The notes under the pieces were generated by a model. It was not told where the DNA came from and ran no database searches. It saw nothing but the letters and a program-made list of their open reading frames with translations. A stretch of DNA of 64,000 bases from Lama guanicoe (taxonomy: Eukaryota), in contig MU053376.1 in the NCBI GenBank assembly GCA_013239625.1, positions 1,140,833 to 1,204,832 on the forward strand, given 5' to 3'. Shown piece by piece: positions 24,141 to 35,769 of the stretch (position 1 is the stretch's first letter; every line of letters starts with the position of its first letter). A program made the translations under genes and the position numbers.

Positions 24141-26804
24141 GCAGTGGAAACTGACCTGCCCACCCGCCTGGGTCCTTTCATGTGTCCACCTCTTCAGCTC
24201 TTGCCTGGGCCCTGCCTCGTGCCTGCACTTCTGCAGTTGTCTAAGTCCAGCACAACGCTCCTGCCAGGCAACTCTGCAAGTCCTCGACCTCACCAAGCGA
24301 GTATCTCCAGTTCTCTGGAGCTGGAGGCCTTCGGCCCCAGGCTTTGGTCCTGCTCTGCAGCCCCCTAGGGCCCAGGATGCCATTCTCTGAATGTGGAGCT
24401 CAGATTGGCAGGCGTGCATTTTGCACCACCCCACCCCCTCCATACACGCACACACTCCGCAGGGTCAGGACTTCCTTCCCCTCACTGTGAACTGTGCCCC
24501 TGGGTTAGTCACAGGGCTCCTGAGTCTCAGCTTCTTCTGCAAGATGGGGGTTGGAAGAGGCCAGTGGTACCCCACCCCCTGCACAGGGTCTCTGTGGGGT
24601 AGAAAGCTCAATGCAAATGCAAGAAATCATTAGAAAAACATTCCGGAGGAAAGGAAGCGATGGGAGGGAGGGATTTGTCCACTTTCTGCGGTCCCAACCC
24701 TCCTGGCACTTTGATTGCTCAGTAGATGGTCCTTCCTCCAGAGCAGGCCTGGAAGACCTGTATGGTTTTCCAAGGATTCCAACCCCAGCTGGGGTTCTTT
24801 CTGATGTTACATGGTGCCTCGGCGATGTTACTTCCTTCATTTCCTCCAGAAGAGGAACTCTGAATATCCCATGTTTCAGTGCCACAAATCTGGTCTTGAT
24901 GTTTCTCCACTTAAAATCCTCAACTTGCTCCCAATCTCCCATATGGATAAAGTCCATGTGCATAAAGTTATAGAACCTCTTTGAGCCTTAGTTTTCTCAT
25001 GTGCAAGATAGGGTCCTACCTACCCGATAATGTCGACCTGAGGATTGAAGTGGGTGCTTCGCCTGGTGAGATGGCGTCACCAGCCCTCATTAGCAGCCCT
25101 TGACCTGCCCTGCCTGCACTTTCAGCCCTTCTCAGTAAATTCTCTGCCCTGTGCGTGCTGTCCCTCGGTGGACATGAGAACACCTCTAACTCTCCCTCAA
25201 CGACAACAAAAATACTAGTGCAGCCACTCACCTTGTATATGTGAATCGTTTCATGTATAGTAGGTAGCTCTTAACCTCCCAGTGAGGGCCTATTGTGTCC
25301 ATTTTACAGCTAAGGAAACGGAGACTCAGAGGTTAACGAAGTACCCAAGATCAAACGGCACGTGACAGTTATGATTTGAACCCATCTCTCTTTCTTCAAA
25401 GCCTGGGGTCATCTGCCTCTGCTTGGCTGGTCTCTCTCTTCTTTCAGAGTGCAGCTGGAGATTTGTTTTCTGCCTGACGCCCTCACTTCTTCCGTAGCCA
25501 CCATGGGTGGGGTGCCTCCGGGTTGCGCCAGCAAAGGCTGACACGTGTCTCATCAAATGGTACCTGCAGATTTAGTCCCCTGTCCCCTTCCCAAGGCTGC
25601 AACTGCCGGAGGGCAGGAATCCCAAATCCAGCGCCATGCCAGACACATAATTGGTGTCGTGTATCAAACAATGCTCTGTGATAGCTGACGGAATGAAAGA
25701 GCTAGAAGAGAATTTTCCTGGGATGTAAATTTAGGAATATTCTACACTCATTTCACATCAGGGAGCCCTTCCCAATCCTTCCATGCTAATCCTCATACTC
25801 ACGCTTTGGGAAACAAGGTCTCCATCTTCCCAGGTTTGATGTTTTGAACCCCTTACCTAGCACAGGGCACTGGTTTTCTTGCCTCTCCTACGTGCTGCTC
25901 CATTTGAGGCAATGCAGCGCTGTGGTCATAAGGTTTGGAATCAGACCTGGTTCAGTCACTTATGAGCTTATGACCTTGGACAACTTATACAACCTCTTCT
26001 GGCCTTAGTTTTCCCACGTGGGAAACGTGAGGACACTCTCTGCCCCATGGAGTGGAGCTGAGGATGGAAGCAGTGCTTCGCCACCTTGTGAGATGGCATC
26101 ACGATGGCATCACCAGTGCTCTTGTCCTACAGATCGGGAAATGAAGGCAAGACAGGGGAGGAACGTTCCCAGAGAGGGACGAAGATGAGAAGGCCTATGG
26201 CAAAGAAGGGGGTGGGGCCAGGAGCTAAGCCACTGGACCCCAGGTCCTGAGTGGCCTCCATGGCACCACGAGGCACAGCCGTGAGGTTGGCTGCTGACAT
26301 CCCCTGTGTCCCATGCTCCTCAGTGGGCCGTCCCCAAAGTCTCAGCATGGACCTCCGAGAGGCAAGTCCTCAGAATATACCAGCTTGAGCCCTGAGTGGC
26401 TCTTACAGGTTCCAGTGGTCAGTCCCCCATTCTCCTAAGGGGAAGAATCTTTTAGGGCTGGCTGTACCCCTAAGGTACCCCGACTATTTAAAACCACCTC
26501 AGTCACATCCATAGATCTGGTGCCACTGCGTGTGCTTGGAAAGCCCCCTACACACAGGGCTAGGCTTCCTCTTAGGAAGGGTGAAGGGAGCCCCGTTTGC
26601 AGAGGCCCTGCTTGGGGAGGGGTTGGGGAGGGTGGGAGGAGGAAGTGCAGAACAGAGGTGGAATTAGGAGCCCAGACAGGGCTGGGCTTTGCAATGCTTC
26701 CCCTAACGCGCCGTCCATCCCTCATAGTATCTGCTCCCCCAGCCCCCTTTTCTAACAGGGGGCTAAACAGAAATCAGGGGGATCCGGAAGCAATAGAGGT
26801 CTCT

Positions 26805-26830
26805 CTGCAGTCTGCTCACCAGGGGGCGCC
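26805..26830 (+). promoter_or_regulatory. Candidate CTCF site with upstream module
   Basis: CTGCAGtctgcTCACCAGGGGGCGC: core matches CCASYAGRKGGCRS at 13/14 positions and is preceded by CTGCAG. Confidence 0.6.
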
Positions 26831-27625
26831 CGCGGCCTTAGGATGCCAGGGTGGGAAGGAAGGCCTGAGCCAGCAGGTGGCAGTGTCCTCGTAGGGCCCA
26901 AGGAAGAAAAAAGACCAGGTACCCAGAGAAAGGGGGGGGAGAAATCCCATTCCCGGAAAGACCCTGGTTCCTTTGTCCATGAAGATTCAGGAGCAGTGAT
27001 ACTTCCTGCAGGAGGCTCCCCTGGCCCCTCAGATCCGGACAGGCATTCCTCTACTGTCCCTGCCTCGTGAGAAAGAACCATACCACCGCCTAGTGAGGGG
27101 CAGCTGACTCCCCCACTGCCCCTCCAGGACAGGTAGTTTTTTCATCTTTGTACCCTTGGTGCTAACCCAGCTTTTAAAAATAACTGGGAATCAGAAAGGG
27201 GCGCTATGTAAGCTAGAAGGGGGCGTGTCCTTCATGCTTTCACATCTGTGAGCAACTCCCTTTCTACTGTGGGCAGGACAGAAATGAGCTTGAGCGGAAA
27301 GAACTGCGAACTGAGGCCAGACATGAGGAGTAATCTGATGAGGAAGTCAGCTAATGAGCGCAAACTTTTCCTAACACACCCAGGGGTGTCCACGCTGAAG
27401 AGATGGAAAGTGTGCTGTTCTAACAGCAGTGAAGTGACTGGTGGGGGAGGGGTGGTTTGAAGGTGGAGGTGTCCTCAGAGGGGACAGCCAAGAACAGGTG
27501 GTCGCTTGGAATCCCATTTAGCCTGAGAATGTCAGAGGGACTGTTTCATGGGGTCCCCTCCATACATCCAGACACTGTCCACCCCACCCCTGCACCAGGG
27601 TGCCAGAGAAGATAGGAATATAGAT

Positions 27626-27631
27626 TTTAAT
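27626..27631 (-). terminator. KLHDC8A: Candidate KLHDC8A polyadenylation signal ATTAAA
   Basis: TTTAAT on plus = ATTAAA on minus, about 875 nt downstream of the stop. It is the first such hexamer I could see downstream. Confidence 0.5.
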
Positions 27632-28505
27632 CATTGTGCTGCTGCTGTTAACCAGAGTGCAATGAGTCCATCCTTCGTGGATTTTGATGCCACAGTGTAA
27701 ATGAGAAGGTTTCACGCAGAAACACTCTGGGCTGTCCGTGACAAAGGGCTGGGCCTCTGGTGGGGAGGGGTGACCAAAGGAGAAATGAAGAGAGAAAAGT
27801 GGGGAGCAGACCTTGGGCTGGAAGTCTGCTCCTTCCCCATCATCACATTCCCATCGGGACCCCGAGAGGCCTGGGTCCTCCCTGGCCAAGGCTGCTGGCC
27901 TGTACCAGTCCACGTGAACCCGACTCCCCTTCCAAGTCTGCCTCTCCAGCTCCAGGGTCAGTTTTTGCTGAGCAGATGAGGTCCAGGGCAGGCCCACAGT
28001 TGGCCACCAAAGGCGGAGGGGATGTAGACCAAGGTAGGGAAGAGGGGTTTGGTAGCCATGCAACCCTTCTCCATTTTCCATCCTAAGAGGCCGTCAGACT
28101 GGTGCAGAGCCGGGGAAAGGCCAGCTACAAGGAGCTATCCTCTGGGTGAGAACTGCCCTGCCTACCTCCCATCCTGCAGATGGGGAGGGGTAAGCCCAGA
28201 GGGGGCAGGTGGCCCGCACTCCTGTACCTCCCTCTGCCTGAGCAGCAAGTGAGGACTCTCCCCAGAGGTCACCTGAGCCCTGGCGAGGGGGCGGGGCCGG
28301 CAGAGTCATCCAGACTCCTTGCAGTTTCCGGGGATGGGTAGGGTTTGGAGGTGGATTGGTCACTCAGGGCCCCAGGGCCTGACCCCACTGGCCGCTGACA
28401 GGAGCTGGCATCCTGGGAAGCGGCCCAAACTGCTTTGACGAGACCATTCCTCTTGTCAAGAGTGGGTGATCCGATCCAGGACACAGGCAGTGGGCCCAGG
28501 GACGG

Positions 28506-28699
28506 CTAGGAGTCAGAGACACACAGGGCTTCGACGGCATCGCTCAGACCCTGGTTGACGCCTCCCACGGCCAGGAGGCAGTTCTTGACCACGATGCTGG
28601 AGCAGGCACAACGGGGTGTGGGCATGGCGGGGAGGATCTCCCACTTGCTCTTCCCTGGGTGGAACGCCTCCGCCGTCTCCAGGACAGTGGGTTGGTTGC
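28506..28699 (-). CDS. KLHDC8A: KLHDC8A last coding exon (194 nt to TAG)
   Basis: Acceptor CACTTTTAG|GC. Translates GNQPTVLETAEAFHPGKSKWEILPAMPTPRCACSSIVVKNCLLAVGGVNQGLSDAVEALCVSDS*. Exon sum 376+165+216+102+194 = 1053 nt = 350 aa + stop, all junctions in frame. Confidence 0.96.
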
Positions 28700-29574
28700 C
28701 TAAAAGTGCCGAGGGAACCAAATCTCACAAAGGAGTCCAGCCATCAATCCGAGCCGGTGGTCACCCCGAAACCCCCACTCCCCACCACAGAGGCCAAGCA
28801 TCCTCAAACTTCCCTGGCTGCGGAACTGCTCCCTCCCCACCCTTTTCTCAAACTGCCACTTTGCCCTTCCTGCCTTCTCTGTCTTTTCATCTCCTCAAGA
28901 TTAAGCTTTCTTTCCCTACCTTCTGCTTTTACTAGAAGTTTCTAGACACAACTGCCTTTTCCTAAGAAAGCTGCACACGTGGTCTGGCTCACATCAAGCT
29001 CCTTTCCTGTGTGGGTAAAGTGGGGGTCTGTCCGTGCAGAGTAAACTCTGGGTGCCTGGACGCTGCCCATCTCTCCCCTGTGATGTCGGGGTCCCTCCTT
29101 CAAAACGCCGCTCACCTCCGGGAGGGGTCATGCAGCAAATCCTGAATTCATTAGAATAACGTATTCGATCAGACTGCCCTCCTACTCCGTGATGGAGCTG
29201 GTATCCAGGGAGAAGAGACGGGTCAGAGAAAGAAGACCAAGGCCAATCCCTGCCACACTTTTTACCACCAGTCATTCCTGGAAAGGCCCCAAGGACCTGT
29301 GCACAGCAAGCCTGTGTGACACGGTTATCAGTATGTCCCTTATGCTCTCTGGGCCTCAGTTTCCCCTGTGTGAGAGGCCAGAGAGACCACTTCTGGGGCC
29401 CATACGTGGAGATACGACATCCAGGGTGGGAGGAAGGGAGCGTTTTGAATTCTCTGGAATAAAGCGGTAGGCAGGTGGTGGGCAAGGAGCCAGCCCCTTC
29501 TCCTGCTCATGCAGACTGCCAAGGATCCACCGAGCACCTGAACCACAGTGCCAGCCCGGAGGCTCCATCCTTAC

Positions 29575-29676
29575 CAAGTCCTCCAGCCACTACGACCCGT
29601 CCGCTCAGAGAGCCGGCCACAAAGTCTGCCCGCCGCTTCTTGAGGAAGAAGGAGCGCTCCATCTTCAGCCATCCCC
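29575..29676 (-). CDS. KLHDC8A: KLHDC8A coding exon 4 (102 nt)
   Basis: Acceptor GTGGCCTCCAG|GG. Translates GGWLKMERSFFLKKRRADFVAGSLSGRVVVAGGL. Donor CTTG|GTAAGG. Confidence 0.96.
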
Positions 29677-30273
29677 CTGGAGGCCACGGAGGGCGGCAGG
29701 AGACATACAGAGAATTAGCTGCTGACCACCCCCACCAAATACACAAACAGCCCACAGCCGAGGCAGCATGTCCACTCCATCTACCCTTCATGCCCAGTGC
29801 AGATACAACACTGTTTGGAAGGACTCTCCATGGCCTCCACCTTCCCCCATGTGTGTTGCAGTCCAGGGGACCGTAATCTCTTATAACGAATCACCTAGTC
29901 CTGTCTCTGCTCTCACAGGCTCTAAGCTGGAGAGGAGGCTGACTAGAGGCAGAGCGTAGGAGTCCGGCTCCTTCTGTTTCTCTGTGAACAAAAAGCAGGA
30001 AAAAGCCCTCCCTCACCTGGCCCTGCCTGGATGTTGTAAGAAGCGACAATAGATGGAAAAGGCTTTGATAAAAACAACCAGCCAATCAAAGGGAGCCCTG
30101 TACAGATCAAAGAATTTGCTCCCAAGAGCATCCCTGAATGGAGAGGGGTGTTCACACTTCTGGAAAGTACTCCCAGCTGGAAAAGTGGGCCTGGGCGGAT
30201 GGATGGGATGGGGGTAAGGTGGGGGATTCAGCCAGAGCAGAGGTGGGCAGCCAGGGGCCGGCGCCCGGCTCAC

Positions 30274-30489
30274 CCTGCTCCATGTCGAACACGTCCATCG
30301 TCCGGAGGAACTTGGGCTGCCGGTAGAGCCGACCCTGCCGCAGGCCGCCCAGGCTGTACAAGCGGTCGTCCAGGGTCACAAAGCTGGAGAAGGCCCGCTT
30401 ACAGGGAATGTTGGGGAACTTTGTCCAGGAGCGAGTCTCGATGTCAAAGACCTCGAAGGCGTTGACCGCGTACTTGGACTGTCGTCCCC
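30274..30489 (-). CDS. KLHDC8A: KLHDC8A coding exon 3 (216 nt)
   Basis: Acceptor CTCTGGCCTCCAG|GG. Translates GGRQSKYAVNAFEVFDIETRSWTKFPNIPCKRAFSSFVTLDDRLYSLGGLRQGRLYRQPKFLRTMDVFDMEQ. Donor CAGG|GTGAGC. Confidence 0.97.
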
Positions 30490-30718
30490 CTGGAGGCCAG
30501 AGTGGGCGGGGATTGGGCAAGCAGAGTAAGCCCCTGAGCACTGGGGCTGGGTTCCCCCTTCTGATTGGATCACACAGGAAGCTCCCTGAGAGGTGGGGCG
30601 GCATGATAAACCCCAGTGCCCAGAAGATGCTCAGCACACAGACAGGCACTGCTTCCAATAGGAACTTACCCAGGGGAGGGAAGGCGGGACAGACATGGGA
30701 CAGACAACCTGTCCTTAC

Positions 30719-30883
30719 CCAGCACATAGATCTTGGAACCCCGGAGGAAGGAGGTGGCAGCATATCTCGGGGTGGGCATGGGTGCTAGAGACACCCACAT
30801 GTCCTTGAGCATGTCATAGTGCTGGAGGTGGCTGTGTGGACGGAGGTCCAGGCCCATCCCGCCTGCAGCGTACACTCTGTAAT
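30719..30883 (-). CDS. KLHDC8A: KLHDC8A coding exon 2 (165 nt)
   Basis: Acceptor TTTCTCCTTAG|AT. Translates DYRVYAAGGMGLDLRPHSHLQHYDMLKDMWVSLAPMPTPRYAATSFLRGSKIYVL. Donor CTGG|GTAAGG. Confidence 0.97.
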
Positions 30884-32568
30884 CTAAGGAGAAAGACCAC
30901 ACAACAGACGCCATGAGACAGGCCATCAGACTCATCCTCTACCATGGCCAGCCTCTGTGAACCCCTTGAATGCCAGCACTGAGGCCAGACCAGATTCACA
31001 ACCACTGCTCTGCCAGAGAATGAGTTGGTGGCACCATTAAAAGTTCCTGCTATGGTCGAGCCTGGGTCTTTTCGAAGCCATGTCAGGCCTACATGCCTTA
31101 GCCTGCCTTGGTGCCTGGCCCTTGCTTAAGCTTGAAATGCTAAGCCTTGCCGAAAGGCAGACTTGGTTGAGTCTAGGCCTGGACCACCCTTTGCAGGTCT
31201 TGTCCCCTCCATTCTCCTCCTTCCTGGGCAGCCAGAGGGGATGCCAAAGAGGAAGGAGTTCCTTTGATGCCCCCAGGAGTGGCCTGTTTCCCAGGCACTC
31301 CCAGATCTAGAAATCCCTAGGGCTAGTGGGAGCCTTAGGAAATGAGGTCAGCCCTGCTGTCATTGGCCTTGGGGGACACTGGACTGCTGCTGCTTCCTTC
31401 TTTGTCTGGACTGAGGAAGGCCATCCTCCTTCACACACCGGAGAGCATGGGGGCTCCAGGAGGCACCCTGCACTGGATGGGACAGGGCTAGGGGTGAATG
31501 AGGGAGGAGAGCAAACTGGCCCCTTTATGAAACCCTGCCCAGGCAGTGGGCAAGGCACTCTGAGAAGAGAAGGGAGTCCCCTCCTTTCTCCAGCGCTCTT
31601 GGCTGCCGGCGGCCTCTCAAGGCACTTCCCTGACACACTGCACCCAAGAGAAGGGCAAGGCATCCGCGATTCCCTGAGCCTCACCCCAGTACCTCGTAGC
31701 CTGTTAAGGACAGAGCCCTCCCCCCAGGGCTCTCTTTTTCCCGAGGACCCATCCCTGCGTGGGGTTCTCTCTCTTAGTCGCCAGGTTTCACTACTTCTGG
31801 CTCTAACAGGCCTTTACTCTTCAAGGGCCTTGCAGGGATGAGCACTACTTTTTTCTACTTTCTAATTTTACTAAAGAGAGAGGAAAAAAATCCCAACCAC
31901 AGCCTGTGGCTGGGAGATGGGGCCTCTGTAATGAGTGATTTACTGACACAAACTCAACCTCTCTCAGTCCTGTTTCACCTGCATACCTCCAGCTGGGAAC
32001 CCGCCCATCCATTCCACACCAGCACTCCTGCACCTGATTCTTAGTCATTCTTTCAGAGTCACCTGGGTGTCCCTGAACTGTAAGGTGGGCTGACAGCAGT
32101 GGCTCACTACCTCCCATGGCATCTGCATCACCCCACTTGCCACACGTTACTGAAATAATCTTTGTTTCTTTCAATAGATTGTTAGGTCCTTGAGAATTTG
32201 TTAACCTGTGGCCCCAGCATCTGGTATAAAGCCTGGCACAAAGGCATGTAAATTCTTAGTAAACTGTTGAGCCCACTCAATGCCATAGTTAAGAGCACAG
32301 ACTCAACCATCACCTGCTAGCTGTGTAACGGTGGGCAAGTTACTTAACCTCTCTGGGCCTCATATTACTTCTCACTGTAATGAAGATGATTATAGCACTT
32401 ACCTCATCAGACAGGTTGTGAGGGTCAAAGAGATTAATATACTTAAAAGCACCTATGGTAAGGACTCAATAAATGTTAGTTCTTAATTTTTCAGCATCAT
32501 TTTTTTTTCAGCACCATTTATTGAAGCCCGCTCCCTCTCTATTTCCCCATGGGCCTCCATGTTTTCCA

Positions 32569-32634
32569 TCTTCCTTCCTTCCTTCCTTCCTTCCTTCCTT
32601 CCTTCCTTCCTTCATTCCTTCCTTCCTTCCTTCC
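32569..32634. repeat. (TTCC)n tetranucleotide repeat
   Basis: Direct reading. Confidence 0.95.
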
Positions 32635-33705
32635 AGTTTCCTTACTTCCTTACTGGGAGTTCAGGAGGCCTCACTGGCCACTCTGCCCTGAGGGATTCTG
32701 AGTTAGAGTTTCTCTCTGGTCACCTTCATTGGTTTCAGACCTGGGCTCCTAACGGCAGGGATCAGATCTTCTGCCTCTTGCCTTCCTCCCTGGGACCTAG
32801 AACTGTGCCAGGGACAGAGCAGGTGCTCAAGAAATACTGGTTTCTAACCTACAGGAGACCCAACAGGCAGCTGGGATGGTTTTTGTAGGAGAGGGAGGGA
32901 AAGTTGCATCCCACTAAGCCTCTCTGATCTGTACTTGGGGTCTCCTAACTCCTGTTGGGCCGTTTCCCATAAAACCCTGTGTGTTTTAGCAAAAGAGCTT
33001 TCAGGTCCCCTCTACGTTCTGGGATGTACCTGGCCTGAAAAGAAGGAAATGATGGGCTTGGAGAGAGTGAAATGAGAATCACAAAGCTACGTGGTCAGCA
33101 CTTGCCCGCCCTGAGAACTTAGTGAACCTGGGCCAGATACCACAGGGGCAGGACCCTCAGGAATATTCTGGTCTCCACTCATCAGGATCTCTGAGATTAG
33201 GAGGCAGATGGTAGGGAGAAGTTCCTGGAATCAGGTTCCAAAGCCCTCCCAGTGGGGCCTGGAGATGGTATGAGGATGGCATGAACATCCTCAGGACCCC
33301 AAATATATGTCTGGAAGTAGTGGCACCTGCAAGGCAGATTTCAGGGGATTTGGTGCTGTGGGTGGGAAGCCTGGTCATTCTGCGGAATGAAGGGACCTAC
33401 AGAGACATTGCACTAACCCTCTGGCTCTCCCCTCTGGCCAGGCCTGCTCACTTGCTAGGAGGAGCCCGGTGCGGTGGAGGGGAGCTCTGGCATCATATGG
33501 ATTTACTAGACACCTCATTTGCTGAGTCCTAGTTTTCCCATCTGTAAAATAAGGCAAGCGGGCCTCTAGTTTCAGTGTCCACCCTAAGGATGAAATGGGA
33601 TCAGGAATATGATCATGGCCTCCAACCCAGTGTCGGCATCACTCCCTTTCCCTTTGACCCCCCCACTCCCTTCTCTCTGCCTCCCTCAGCCCTGGCCCCA
33701 CTCAC

Positions 33706-34081
33706 CTTTGGCCGTGACGGAAATGCCCATGGCGGCCTCGCGCAGCATGCTCCTCTTCTTCCACTTGCCCTCATCAATGTTGTACATCTCCACGACCTTC
33801 AGGGGCAGCTGACTGGTGCCCACACCCCCGATCACCATGATCCGCTTGCCCAGGGCGATGACGGCCACCCCGGCCCGGGCTGTGGGCAGGGGGGGCAGGG
33901 CGGTCCACTGGTCGGCCTCAGGGGAGTAGACCTCGAAACAGTCCATGGGGACGCCGTTGTCATCACATCCCCCAATGGCATAGACCTGCCCCCCGGTCTC
34001 CAGCAGGGAGCAGTAGACCCGCCGGCTGGGCAGTGGCGCTAGGCGCTTCCACTGGAAGTCCCTGACGTTAGGCACCTCCAT
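33706..34081 (-). CDS. KLHDC8A: Kelch domain-containing protein 8A, first coding exon (376 nt CDS)
   Basis: GCTGCCATGG Kozak. Translates MEVPNVRDFQWKRLAPLPSRRVYCSLLETGGQVYAIGGCDDNG...AMGISVTAK, with kelch GG...W motifs. Donor AAAG|GTGAGT. Confidence 0.97.
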
Positions 34082-35060
34082 GGCAGCCCCGGGGGCCCCG
34101 CCCGCCGCGCCCCCGCCGAGCGCCAGGGCGCCGGGGGAGGTGCGAACCTGGGGATCCGCCGGCTACTGCGCGCCCCCTCTCGCCGCCTCCATCTCGCTCC
34201 CGTCCGCGGGCTCCCGCCCGACCCCCAGGAAGGGCCCCGACGCCGGCCAGCGCTTCACCGTCCCTCAAGCCTCAGCGGTCCGGCGGCGTCCGCGCCTGGC
34301 CCTGCAGGAGGAATGGGGCGAATCAAGGGCAGCCAGGGCCAAGAGCCCTGGGCTCCCGGCGTGGGCGGGCGCGCGGGCTCCCAGCCCCCCGCCAACTTTC
34401 AAGGGAAGACGCGGCGGCGAGGGCGCCACCCCGCGGCAGCATCACGCCCGCCCCGCTTTGTCCACCGTGGCTCTCCCCGCCGATTGGTCGGAAACCAGCG
34501 GAGCGCGCGAGGGGCCGGGGGCGTTCTGGGCTTCCAGGTGCCCGGCCGCCTCCCGGTGAAGCAAGGAGTTAACACCTTTCGGCGCCGACGCCTGCCTCTT
34601 CCCAGCTCCCCATCCCCGCGATCTTCCGCCCCCGCCCCCGCCCCGCGCCACTTACACAGCCAGGCCGGAGGAGCGCGGGGGCGAGGCGCAGGCAGCGCAT
34701 TACCCGAGAGCGGCGCGGCCAGCAGGGGAGAGGGCGCTCTGTCCTTCCCTAGTCCGCACACCGCCGTCACACATGCAGATGAGGAGAATAAATGAGCAAC
34801 AGGAAGGAGAAGCGAAGCCGCCGCCGGGGGCTGGGGGGAGGCCGGCGCGCCTGCTCCTCGCACATCCCCGCCGGCAGCCGCCACACCTGTGCAGGAATCC
34901 GCGTGCGCCCCGCGGCGGAGCGAGCCGAGACCCTTTTACATAAGCCCTGGCGGCGCCCGGCCCGCGGGGGAGGGAAAGGGCCCGGCCGTAGACGCTCACC
35001 TTGTCTCCCGCTCAGGGAAAGCCGGGCACTAGCGCCAAGTACCCAGATGACGGGACCAGA
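33950..35060. promoter_or_regulatory. KLHDC8A: CpG island over KLHDC8A first coding exon / proximal promoter
   Basis: Very high GC and CpG density. Tandem GC boxes CCGCCCCCGCCCCCGCCCCGC at about 34626-34647. GATTGG (CCAAT on minus) at about 34482. Confidence 0.85.
34082..34301 (-). other. KLHDC8A: KLHDC8A 5'UTR part of first coding exon
   Basis: Pyrimidine-rich acceptor CCCCATTCCTCCTGCAG|GGC with AG at 34303-34302, 220 nt upstream of the ATG. Confidence 0.75.
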
Positions 35061-35769
35061 CTCCCTCCAGTGTGGGGGTGGGCGGTTTGTGAGTGTTTGT
35101 TTTGGATGAGGAGGCGGAGAGTCCAATTACCCAGTTTATCTGCAGTACACAGACCCACTTTGTGACGGGCTGGCTCAATAGTCGGCTTTGCTTTGGGGGA
35201 GGTTTTATCAAATGGTTTAACCTAATAGAAACAAGTTCTGTGGGTGTGGCACACCCAGACCTGACACAGGTGCATCCAAACAGTTTACACACCGACCTGC
35301 GCATATATCCATAACGTACACATCATCTTACCCCCACCCCCCGAAATACTCATATCCACAGAGAAACTGACAAATGAACAGTTTTGCGGACACACAGCCA
35401 GAGACAAACACAGAAAGACAAACACGTGGGTGGTCCCTCTCACATTGCCTTTCTTTACACACCTCAGGAAGGGGAAACCTGGTTATCAAATCTTGGCCCT
35501 CAGCACAAACCCACAGGGCTTGCCAAATCTTGCAAGCCACTCTCTAGTCGCCTTATCAGGAAAATAGTCCTCAGTAACAAAGATGTCCATGACATCAGTA
35601 AGCCACGTGGTCTGATTGACTGCCAGGCTTATGGGGTCCTCCTATCTGGTTTCCTTGAATAGAGTCAAGTCTTGAAATTCTCAGGCTTGGGAATCTGACA
35701 GATCTTGGTTTAAATTCTGGCTCTGAAATTATTTAACTACTCTTAACCTCAGGTTCTTTATATTATTTA

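Noticed and set aside
30152..30763. 203-aa ORF as a standalone gene
   Set aside because: Only 30274-30489 is kelch-coding (a KLHDC8A exon). The rest is intron read-through.
34080..35126. Multiple overlapping 100-160-aa ORFs in the KLHDC8A CpG island (likewise 10480-11512 at NUAK2)
   Set aside because: Explained by stop-codon scarcity in CpG islands. They are Arg/Gly/Pro/Ala-rich with no domain.
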